Shown: one piece after another, positions 52,191 through 64,000 of the stretch | How the letters are laid out: the number at the start of each line of letters is the position of its first letter | How positions within the stretch are numbered: position 1 is the first letter of the stretch | DNA from: Chrysemys picta bellii | Lineage: Eukaryota | Assembly (NCBI RefSeq): GCF_011386835.1 | Contig: NC_088812.1 | Coordinates: forward strand, 12,028,001 to 12,092,000 | Direction of reading: 5' to 3' | Length of the DNA stretch: 64,000 nucleotides | Made by a program: the position numbers and the translations under genes | The notes under the pieces: generated by a model | What the model saw: the letters and a program-made list of their open reading frames with translations, nothing else | Told to the model about the DNA's origin: nothing | The model's database searches: none

Positions 52191-52289
52191 GCTGCGGGGC
52201 GGGCGGGCGCAGGTAGCAGGCGGGCGGGGACGTTACTTCTCCCGACAAGCGAAGAGTCGCTGGAAGTAACCGAGTGAGGCGGGCGGGCG

Positions 52290-52400
52290 CCGGCGGCGGC
52301 TTTTCTAGCCGCGTCCCCGGGGAGGCGGGGCCCGGCCGCCTGCGTCAGCCCCGAGCCCGGCCGCCATTGGCGGGCGGGCCCGTCCGTCTGTGAGCTCACA
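52290..52400 (-). promoter_or_regulatory. TUBA1B core promoter
   Basis: TATA-like TAGAAAA (52301-52307), GC box, TGACGCA (52341-52347), CCAAT (52366-52370) in a CpG island. Confidence 0.7.
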
Positions 52401-55400
52401 ATGCGGGGGCTGCTGGGGGGGACCCCGTGTTTAGCTGGGCGTTGGGGGACCCCCAACTGAACCCCCCCCAGCCGGCCCCTCCCCTAAGTACCCCCAACCG
52501 GCCCCACCCCCGCCCCCAGCAGCAGAGCGGGGTGTAGGGGCGCCCCCCACCCCAGGGACACCCCCAGCAGCAGCCAGAGCTGGGGTACCCCGCTGCCCCC
52601 CCGATTGCAGAGCGGGCCCCCAAACACAGACACCCCCGTGCAAGGGGAACCCCGGGGCCGGCCGGGGGCCGTTTGCCCAGCAGCGTGGGGGCGTGGTTGG
52701 GTCCGGCGCTCGGCGCTGTACGCACCCGGCTCTGGCGGCTGCAACCAGGCTCCTCGGCAGCCCCCCGAGCCCTTCGCTGCGGCCCCCTTGGTAAAGCGAG
52801 GACCCCCGGGGGGACCACTGTCCTAGGGTCCTGACGGCGTCTCACACACCCCGGGGCCGCGCGTTGGAAACCCGGGTTTGAAACCAAGGGCCCTTTCAGG
52901 ACAGGCCAGCGCTCCCCCCAAGCCAGGCAGATGCTGCTGGCTCCCGGTGGGTGGGGAAGACAAATGTCTGGCAGCTGCCGGGGGCTTCTCGGCACATGTG
53001 GCTTCCAAATAACTGGGATCGTTTCAGGCTGAGCAGCAGCTGAAGCGCTCACCCCGGCCCCTCGGCCCCTCCCCGCAGATGCCAGCTTAGAGTCGCCGCC
53101 ACCAGAGAAAAACGCAACTTGGCAAGCTACTGTCAAGCGCCCAGATCGAAAAGTGCAGCTGCTGCATTAGGAGGGGCTTTGCGAGGCCTGCACGGGAGCT
53201 CCGCCAGCCGGGCGGCCCAGCCAGCCTTTGTCCTCGGCTTCCAAATCAAACCAGTCAAACTGCATCGTCATGCGCGGAGGATGCGGCTGGCAGAAGGAGA
53301 GGAAAGGCAGCCGGGTCTGGGTTCCCGGATGCCATCAATAATGGAGCAAGCTGCAGAGCTGTGTGCAGGGCGGGGGAGCTGGGCCAGGCCGCCTGACTGG
53401 GACTGCGGCTCCAGGCTGCAGAGGAAAAATGCGGCAGCAGGGACAGGAATGGCTCTGCCTGGCTCCCATGGGCAGGGCGCGGGAGCAAAGAAACGCACCA
53501 GAGGGGAGCAGGGGGCTGAGCTGAGTCTGGGCTCACACACCCGGGTTACTCCTGGGGAAGAACTCCAGCCGCCAGGAGCCAGAGGGGAAGCAGTCCCAGG
53601 GGAGAGAGAAAGGGGAAACAGTGCTTCTCCAAACGCCCTCCCTGCCAGTCCAGGCACACGCCACAGCAGCACCCACCGCCCCCTGGACACCCACTGCGGC
53701 CCTGATCCCCACACACCCCAATCACCCTGTAAACGCCGCCCTTTGGCAAGGGCACACTGGGAAGCAGCATACCCCTCCAGCCAGGGACATCCCCTGCAAA
53801 CATCTTCCTGCAAACCCTGGACCCCTCAGGATTTAACGTATCCTTTCATCCTCCTGTCTCTCCTTCCCCCTGTAGAGCTCCCCTCTAGCCTCTGCCTTCT
53901 GTTGCACCCAGAGGAGTCTAGCTCGCTTCCCCCTTTGGGGAGCTGTGGCCCCAGCATGGCCGGTTTGTTGTTCACTCTGGGCAAGGCTCACCTCGACAAC
54001 AGCAGCAGCCTGGCCTAGCAGTGTTGCCTGGATTCCCATTTCCTTAGGCAAGGTGGAGGCAGCAGGAGTGGGGGACTCCTCTCCCCCTCCTTGCACTGCG
54101 CAGAGGCCAAGGGGCAAGGAGAGGATGTAGGGCTCTCACCCTTTGTAGCCCCCTCAATGCAGGAGGGGGAGTCCATAGGCACCAATAATAACCTGGTTTT
54201 AAGAAGGGGTTGCAATGGTCCAGTTTCTTTATTCCCAAACCTGGGCTTCTCTGGGACCTGCCTGCAGCTGGGAGGTGTGATTGACAGGTGACAGAGCCTG
54301 GGTGTCACTGAGGGCAGGGCCGAAGCATTGGGGGATTGCGGGGGATGGTCCAGTCCAACTAGAGCAGCAATCACAGCGATATTTATTTGCACTTCAGTGA
54401 TAATCGCAGTGAGATCCCTGTGCACTATTGTGAGCCTTTGGCGTCTGGACACGTGGTGTGTTGCAAACAGGACAGGTATCTGCAGTGCCAAAACCCTATA
54501 ACCCACGTAAGGTATTAGGGGGAGGGACCGAGCAGGGCAGGCCTGGGCATTGGATGATGGTTGCAATGCAACCCCGCAAGGCAAAGCCACAGGCTGCTGT
54601 TGGCCAGAGCCTGTTGCCGATCTCCCCTCCTCAAAGCACACACAAGGGAGCCAATCTGCAGCCGGTGGGCCTTGCTCTGTCCCGCAGATGGGCCCGACGG
54701 ATGTCAAAAGCGCCCTGCTCGTGTTCAGCCGGCCACGCTCACCTAGAAAACAGTCTGGGAGGGTGATGGCCAGGCTCTGCTTTCCTGGCACAACCGTCTT
54801 TTCCCAGGAGGCCCACAAACACAACCCGAAACCCGGGGAGAAGGGGTTTGTTGCAGAGCATTCATCTCAGCGTGCCAGCTTTATCTCTTGAACTTGGACT
54901 GGGGGCACGTTCTGTGTTGTCTCCATTTTAATCCCTTGCCCTCGAGGCCGCATACTGCCCAGCTGGGTACATCTCCTCTGATGTGGGTCTTCACAGAAAC
55001 TTGTCAATGCCACCCCTCAGTCAGCCAGAGGAGACACTGTTGAGCTATGCAAAGCATTCCCTGCTCCCCAGCGCCTGGAGACAAGCAGGATGCCTCTGTT
55101 ATTTGTTCTAAGATGTGGAGCTCTCTCTCAAGGTTATTCATAGATAGGAGAACTTGCTTGGTGCAGTCGACTTATTGCGGATGGGCCATGCTCAGATTTC
55201 AAATGGGGCAGGCAGCGGCTGGCTTTGTAGGGATAGAGAGGTTTGCTTGGGTGGAAGCCCTGTTTGCTACCTGTCAGGCTACCTTCTAAAGGTTTGCAAA
55301 ATGGACGACAGAAAGGAAACCCACACCTCCTTCCCCTTTTATGCAGAGTTTGCAGGGCTTTTTCTGTTGTCCCGGAGCTTAGCACTCAGGCCTTGTCTGC

Positions 55401-56264
55401 ATGATGCTCTTTTCCTAAAATTTCCCACTGTTGCTACTACTGGTGGAAGTGCATTGACAGCAGGCAACTGTGAGAATGTTAAGGGGAAAACAAGGCTAGC
55501 GCAGACAGACCCAGAGTCATGTGAATGTGTTTGGCTGGCGGTTTGATAACGTGCCAACGTTCTTCCCTTCCCTCGCGGGATCTGCAAACGGCTCTAGCTA
55601 GATGTGTTATTTGATCTGTATTTTGTACAATGACTAACAAAAGGGGCAGGCCAAGAATACCTGAAGACCTTTCAGAGGCTTATAAAACAAAAATGGTCCA
55701 TTTTTCACTAGGCCAAAACTTTGGCTCCATTTCCTCTCTCGTCCTACCTCCAAACTGAAATGTGTTTGATCTAATCTCTTACACGGCTCATTCTAAATAA
55801 TCCTATTTCCTGTTGTTTTTCTGAGCGGTTTATGAATAACCTCCCTGCTCTCTCACCACAGGCTGCAAAGAAACCTCCGTTTTCACACAGTGACTGCTTC
55901 TACACTGGCAAAGCTGGAGACATTTACTACCCCTCCCCACCCCCCTTCTCACCGCTGCAGGGCTGCCGGTGGAAGTGAGAGCTGTAGACAGGGCTCAGGT
56001 AAGCCTGTGCATTTTTATCACTGTGCCATCATCTAACCATGCTCTAAACTCCACTGCAGCCTCTAACATCGCTACCCCTGGGCTGAGTATTACAGATTCC
56101 ATTTTTGCCCATATAGACAAGACTTAGGAAAGCATCGTTCACACAGAAGTATTACACATTCCAAAGCAGTTTTTACTTGCAAGCCAAAGCAAACGACATG
56201 GGGTATTGTTAAAAAGGTTTCAGTCCCTTATGTTGTCCTATGGTACAGGAGGAAAAGGTCTGTA

Positions 56265-56375
56265 GATTAAAAAAATACTTATTTGTACACCATATTGTTA
56301 TCCTGTGGAACTCACTGCCACAGGAAGTCAAGTCAAATCAATGGATTGCTTTTATAAAGACCTGGATAATTGTCT
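56265..56375 (+). mobile_element. Old CR1 3' fragment
   Basis: Translates KYLFVHHIVILWNSLPQEV, CR1 ORF2 C-terminal pattern. Confidence 0.6.
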
Positions 56376-56395
56376 GATCAACAACACTGATAAAA

Positions 56396-56511
56396 GAAGT
56401 GGGCTGTAGCCCACGAAAGCTTATGCTCTAATAAATTTGTTAGTCTCTAAGGTGCCACAAGTACTCCTGTTCTTTTTGCGGATACAGACTAACACGGCTG
56501 CTACTCTGAAA
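56396..56511 (+). mobile_element. Penelope-like terminal-repeat fragment, 5'-truncated, single copy
   Basis: GAAGTGGGCTGTAGCCCACGAAAGCTTATGC...CTAACACGGCTGCTACTCTGA flanked by a 10-bp TSD ACTGATAAAA (56386-56395, 56512-56521). Confidence 0.82.
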
Positions 56512-58020
56512 ACTGATAAAACCAGGTAATAATAATCTCATGCTTCAAGCTGTAAACTGATCACCTTCAGGAAACTTCAGCAGAGAGGGCAGTTGAAATG
56601 AACACTTGCGTTTAAGAAACTCGTTAGGGGGGTTCCTGTAGCCAGTTAATGCAAACCTCTCAAAGGTTAGATGTTTGCAAGAATGAACACGCAGTCAGTC
56701 CCGATGGGTAAGGAAGGGCTTGCCACAACTGCCCTCCAGAAAGGCTTACGTGGATTGTGTTTCTTTGTCTCCGGGGTAGCCACTGGAGGACAGCATAGGT
56801 GCATCTGAACAGTGGCTCTCTGAAGCATGGTCCCTGTGCATGCATGAATCAGTCATTTTAGACTCATGACCAATTGCTCCAGCAAAGAATGCAGTGCTTT
56901 GTGTTTAATTGCATCTAGCATCTCTGCGTAGCCATCTTGTTTGGACAAGGATACTGGAGAAAGCCCATTAGTGATTGTCCTCCAGTTGTAATTCTTCTAC
57001 TGATTAAACATTCAGAAGAGCTTTGATGCTTTTAATACCTAAGCAAAATGCCCAATCTCTACGCAGCGAAGTTCTTCTGATAACTATTCAAACATGTTGG
57101 GAAATCGTTTATAAGCTGCCGGTTTCCCTACACAAATGACAGCAGGATGTTACAAAAAATACTGTATTCAAAGCTGCATGCCTGACTAGAATGAATTCTT
57201 CTCAGGCTGGGAACACACAGACCATTGTGCTCACTGCATTCAGGGCTGTTTCCCGGATCCCATTTTCATTGTCAATATGAGCTTTTCTTAAAGGCATGCG
57301 CAGCCCCTGCTACCCTTTCTCCCCTCTCAAATTTCATCTTGTTTGACTTCCATGATTTATTCCATTCTGGAGCTAACATTGAATAGCAAAGGTGGGGCAT
57401 TGTGCCACTTAGCCTCTTTTTTAATCTTTCCAACCAAAAAGGGTTTTTGTGTGAGAGTGGCTCTAACTGAAAGCAGGTACTTAACTCTGCTTGCTGTAGC
57501 CTGCATCCTTCCCTTTAACTGTTGTTTGTTTCGCAGGAGGAAGGGCTTTAGGAACTGACAATGCTGGAGGGGGAGGGTTGATCTTGTTTGACAAAAAGGT
57601 GTGAAATGAGGGTAATATTGCAATGTTGCTTCCCCCTTTGGCGTAAAGGGCACTGAAGATCAGGAAGGTTTTGCAAAAACATAAGGGAATTTTTTAAAAA
57701 TTCTAAACTTGCATGTTACAGAAATAAAACAAAGAAGTGAAACTAGGAACTGTTTTAATCGTGGAAGCTCCAGTCACTTCTCTCCTAGTCTGTTACCAAA
57801 ACCCCTCAGTTCACTTTCATCTCAGTGCAGTCCAGGCATTATCCTAGATGTATCTGGTCTGAAATACTGATGGCAAGTGAATGTTTTATGAGCCAAACTT
57901 TGGAGGCAGGTGCATGGTACAGTGCCTCATTCTGCAGGCAGAGGCACACAGAGTAAGGAAAGGCTACAGGATTAAGACCAAAATTAGTAACTTCCACCTG
58001 AAACCAAGAGCGAAACTCTA

Positions 58021-58226
58021 AAACAAGGAGTGCGGGGGCACCTTAAAGACTAACAGATTTATTTGGGCATAAGCTTTCGTGGCTAAAAACCTCACTTCTT
58101 CAGCTGCATGGCTGAAGTGGGTTTTTTACCCACGATAGCTTATGCCCAAATAAATCTGTTAGTCTTTAAGGTGCCACCACACTCCTTGTTGTTTTTGTGG
58201 CTACAGACTAACACGGCTACCCAGAT
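58021..58226. mobile_element. Penelope-like terminal-repeat inverted pair
   Basis: Two opposed copies (about 58021-58108 and 58112-58226); 12-bp TSD AG(C/T)GAAACTCTA with 1 mismatch (58009-58020, 58227-58238); hammerhead cores decayed. Confidence 0.8.
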
Positions 58227-59727
58227 AGTGAAACTCTACGTGACTTCAATGGGCACAGGCCTGGGGCTACACTTGCAGTAGTGGATCATGCATTAGGGCT
58301 CTGGGGGATACCCGGGACCCCTCAAAGTTATTGGGCTTTTGCCAATGAGGCCAGGATTCCACCCTGTCTTCAGTCCAGTCTTCCCCAGTGTGTTCCCCCA
58401 GGTCAAAGCTAAATGCTCCATGCCAGGGCGAATGGTTCATAGAAAACTCCACTGTTTGCAGAAGACATTGAAGACAGATACTAGCCACCAACCCTTTTTA
58501 AAGATCACCTGTGTTTTCTTTATTCATGAATGACAAATCCTCCTTCCTTTCCTCTGCCTCAGGGTTCCGTTAGTGTGAATGAGAAAGGGAAGATTCTCTT
58601 AATTGTGAAAGCCAATAGCAACACAGAATTACAAGCAAATTTTAGGTGCTTATTTGTCATGACTGCAAGCACCTGCATTTGGGAAGTGACTCTCTCATGG
58701 TAAAAATTGTATATTTTAAAAAGTCTTCGGTGGATGTTGCAAGCCACAACTTAGAGGACTAAAGCAAAATATTTGAAAGATTTAATTTGCTTTTTCCAAC
58801 CACATCAATTTGGCTAATGGGTGGATTTGCTTCTGCTGTACTCAGTTTAATTCCCATGTGCTTATGCACTAGCGCAATGCTGCAGAGTTTTGATTGCAGA
58901 TGCTGCAGAGAAATATTTATTAGTCAAGGAAAATAGTTTAAATGGGTATTTTAAAAATAAATTAATGAAGCATATCCATTAGTTTTAGATTTCGGGGAAA
59001 ATTTGACCAGACCCTGCTTTCAAGGGGTATGTGGGATTAAGATGTCACTGTCGCCTGGGTAATGCTATGTAGCTTTAGCAACAGTCATCAGATTCATAAA
59101 CTTCTGGTTGAGGGGTTATGAAAAGCCCTCAGACATCCTGAAATAAGAGGCACTGATTTGGTTTTAGTTATTTTAGCTGCTGGGTCAGTGACTGGCTGGT
59201 TTGAACCCCTCTCTCTTCCCCAGATGGACCCAGCTGAAATGTTAAGTCTGCTCTGGAGTGAAAACAGGAGGCCAGTTTCCAGACCTGCTTACAGAACATA
59301 TGGGGGAGAGCATGGCCTGGTCTTCCCTGCAGCGAGGCGGCCACTAGGGCTCCTTGGGGTTATGACAGGACTTGGTGAGACTCAGGGCTGCACTAATTCA
59401 TACACAGTTCAAGCTTAAGGAAGTGCAGTAGTGGCTTAAAACCATTGCGGCTGGATCTCCCCTACAAGTGTGGGCGTCAGTCATTGTAAAAAACACAACA
59501 TTCAGCTTTTTTTTTTTTTAAATAAGTGACATTTTTGACAACTGAAGTCTGCAGTTTTAGATTTTGCAGAGGGCAGTTTCATGGTCTTCTAAAAGACCCT
59601 CAAAGTGTGTTTATTGTGTGCAACTACATGCCCCTACCAGTGGTGTGGAGGTTTAAATGAAGATTGATGTCAGGAGTGTGTTGAGTAAATACACAAGACA
59701 CGGATCCTCTAAGACAGGGAATGCTTT

Positions 59728-59733
59728 TTTATT
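59728..59733 (-). terminator. TUBA1A poly(A) signal AATAAA
   Basis: TTTATT on plus about 200 nt after the stop; the UTR closely resembles mammalian TUBA1A (TAAAGT-AAAA-GTCACAA-GGTGCTGCT..., from recall). Confidence 0.85.
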
Positions 59734-59934
59734 CACAAACCCACAAGAGAAGTGGACGGTTTGGGTCTGTACCAAAATTTTCCATGATTTTAAGCACAGA
59801 TCAGTTACCAGACAACACACACACACATTTGGGCATACACTGCTACATAGAAGTTAACTGATCGGACCAAACATTTTGAATGTTTAGAATAGTTTAAGCT
59901 CCCTGTAAGAGCAGCACCATTGTGACATTTTACT

Positions 59935-60915
<981 letters not shown>

Positions 60916-60947
60916 CTAGAACGTGGAAACACAAAGGAAGTTATTTT

Positions 60948-61303
60948 TAAGAACATAAGAACAGCCATCCTGGGTCAGACCAATGGTCCGTCTAGCCCAG
61001 TATCTTGTCTTCTGACAGTGGCCAATACCAGATGCTGGAATGGACAGAACAGGGCAATTATTGAGTGATCCATCTGTCATCCAGCCCAGCATCTGGCAGT
61101 CAGAGGCTTTGGGACACCCCGAGCATCGGGCTGGTTGATGGACCTCTCCTTCATGAATTAGATTTCTTTTTTTAAACCAGTTACACTTTTGGCCTTCACA
61201 ACATCCCCTGGCAACGAGCTCCACAGGTTGCCTGTGCATTGTGTGAAGAAATACTTCCTTTCTTTGTTTGTTTTAAACCGGCTGCCTGGTAATTTCATCA
61301 GTT
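60948..61303 (-). mobile_element. CR1 LINE 3' end in TUBA1A intron 3
   Basis: AGAACATAAGAACAGCCATCCTGGGTCAGACC... typical CR1 3' UTR read in reverse, extending into RFKTNK-like coding remnant. Confidence 0.9.
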
Positions 61304-61709
61304 GATTGGATAATCGAACCGACTAGTTATACCATGGCGGGAAGTTCACTTACTTTCTTCCCATCCTAGAAATGTTTCCTCTTAGGACCAAATTCTGTTC
61401 TATTAAATCTGGGCCCACTCCATCATACTTGGTGGAGTTCCATCAATGTAAATCCAGTGTAACAGATAAAACTATGCCCTTTAATAACTTATCTGTTACA
61501 AAGTTACTAATCTGTGTTCACTACCTGGTATTCTTAGCCCAATACCACTCTGAGTGACTACTCTATTTCAAAGGACTTTTTAATTCACCTTAGGACCACC
61601 TGGAAATACGGTGACACTAAATACATCAACAATATGATTAGTTGGGATGGGAGGCAGGGGGAGAAACCATCAGCTATGAACTTATGTCTTTCAAACAGCT
61701 TCCCATTCA

Positions 61710-62322
<613 letters not shown>

Positions 62323-63699
62323 TCAAGGCATCTCTAGAAGCTCCCTTTGAAACCTCCATTTTTGCCTTTTTGGCTCCTCGATGCATAAAATCAGGCACCA
62401 TTAAGCTTTGTCTCTGGGTGTGTTCTGAACAGACTCCGTATTCGGCTGTATCACAGCCAGTAGCAGGTCACACAGATGCCAGCCCTTTGTGTAACCCCCC
62501 CATGTTGAATGCACCAGATGCTTTCCAAATTGCAGGGAAAGGAAGCGCACAGATAACTGGCAGGAAAGGAAGCAAAAAGAAGAAAATACTCATGAACCGT
62601 GGAGAGGCAGGTGGGAACTGGAAACAACTGAGCAGTACCACAATTCTTGAAAAGTGTCTGTTTGCCACGCCCAGTTTTTCCTTATGTGGGGCCTGCTCCT
62701 GCGCCCATGGAAGTAACTGGCGAAACGCCGACTGATTTGGGTACAGGATTGGGGCGATGGGCATTACTGTGAATAAGGGCCCAATCCTACAAAACAAGGA
62801 GCAGCTCCCCATTGTTCTCATGGAGAAGCCAGCCCCCACTGAGTGCGCTGAGCCCTTCCAGGAGTCTGGTCCCCAGCATCTCCTCCGGGGTGCTCAGTAC
62901 CTGGTAAGATCAGCCTCCAAACCACTGCGATTGCTTTTCTGTCCCCCCCCCACTACCAGCCTCCTCCCACACGCACAGATAGCTAACCCCCAAGAGAGCC
63001 TCCCCTAGGGAATAATGAATCCAGCTGCCACACCCAGCCAGGGAACGGTGAAAATTCGAACCCTCCCTCTGCCCCGTGCCTGCTGGAGTCTGTGCGGACA
63101 GCCGTGGCTTAACAGACGGGGCTATTTCCAGCATGATCTCATTAGACTGGTTTGCCAATTTCCCTCCGCTGACCTCAGCGGAGAACATGCCCACATGGGA
63201 ACGAAGTCAATCAATGAAGCGGGCGGGACAAAAGTCAAACCTCGATTCACAGGCCGAGTGAGCATCGGGGTGGGAGACAGGCTGGATGCAATTCCCCATT
63301 ACTTACGTTCGGCCTTTCATGCCCTTTAATCGAATATTGAAAACATGGCCATTGCATTTGGAAAGCTCCCCCCTCCTTCACAAGGCATTGGGGACGCTGC
63401 CTGGGGAGCTAAAATACTGCACTACTAGAATGAACGTACACCTACAACGAACAGGTATGTGCACAAGTGTGCACACGCGCTCACACGCATGTGCACGCGC
63501 ACTCAAATCGATTGGCTCTGAAGCACATTTCTCTTCCAAGCCCCACCCTGCTGGCCCAGGAATCATCATTCGGGTCACATCGGCCTGAGCCCTCTCCTTG
63601 CTTTGTCCTCCGTCAGGCCCCCTTGGGCTACCTCTTCATGGACCCAACTCCCAATCCATGGGGCGTGGGGGGCAGGCGGGGCTTTGCCAGGGCTGCCCT

Positions 63700-64000
63700 G
63701 CCTGATGCTAAAGGGACCTGATCTCTGGGGCTGGGCGGACCGACAGCCCTTCTCTGGGGCGCAAGGGTGTGGCCCGTCCAGCCCCGGCACTTTCTGGCTC
63801 TCCCGGGAAGGATTTTGGAGCTGGGAGGGACGCGGTGGTTGCCACGTCCCCTTGCCGCAGCCCCACTCGTCCCTGCGCCCAAAGGGGCTGGGCAGAGCCC
63901 GGAGCCGCCGGCTCCAGACAACACGGCTCGTCTGCCAGCGCCACGCAGAGCCCCCGGGGCCGGCCGCGCCCCACCGAGCCGCGGGGTACAGCCGCCCCGT
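63700..64000. promoter_or_regulatory. Edge of a CpG island, probably leading to TUBA1A exon 1 beyond the window
   Basis: GC and CpG density rise toward the window end, as in TUBA1B intron 1 near its exon 1. Confidence 0.55.

Noticed and set aside
62397-62401. ATG|GT as TUBA1A exon 1
   Set aside because: Weak donor (GTGCCT), no CpG island or promoter context, only about 165 nt from exon 2; the true exon 1 is more likely past 64000

Overview
Vertebrate genomic DNA, very probably a turtle (inferred from the repeat families), from a GC-rich region. It holds the conserved DHH - LMBR1L - TUBA1B - TUBA1A block, all on the minus strand. I traced splice junctions by hand: DHH has 3 coding exons (412 aa), LMBR1L 17 coding exons (488 aa, with one U12-type intron and one GC-AG intron), TUBA1B 4 exons (450 aa), and TUBA1A exons 2-4 (exon 1 probably lies beyond position 64000). 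Interspersed repeats are CR1 LINE fragments, three Penelope-like terminal-repeat insertions with target-site duplications (TSDs), a hAT MITE, a Harbinger-like MITE and MIR-like SINE relics; there are also four large GC-rich minisatellites. Most notable: (1) a recent Penelope-like insertion 7 nt into TUBA1B intron 3 that duplicated the splice donor, captured 139 bp of neighbouring intron between perfect 74-bp inverted repeats, and places a complete minimal hammerhead-ribozyme motif in the sense strand of the pre-mRNA; (2) the TUBA1B ORF ends EEGEE-stop, with no C-terminal Tyr; (3) TUBA1A/TUBA1B are homogenised by apparent gene conversion, with divergence concentrated around the two isotype-defining codons (232 and 340). 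No prokaryotic features or CRISPR arrays. Coordinates were read by eye; repeat edges are approximate.
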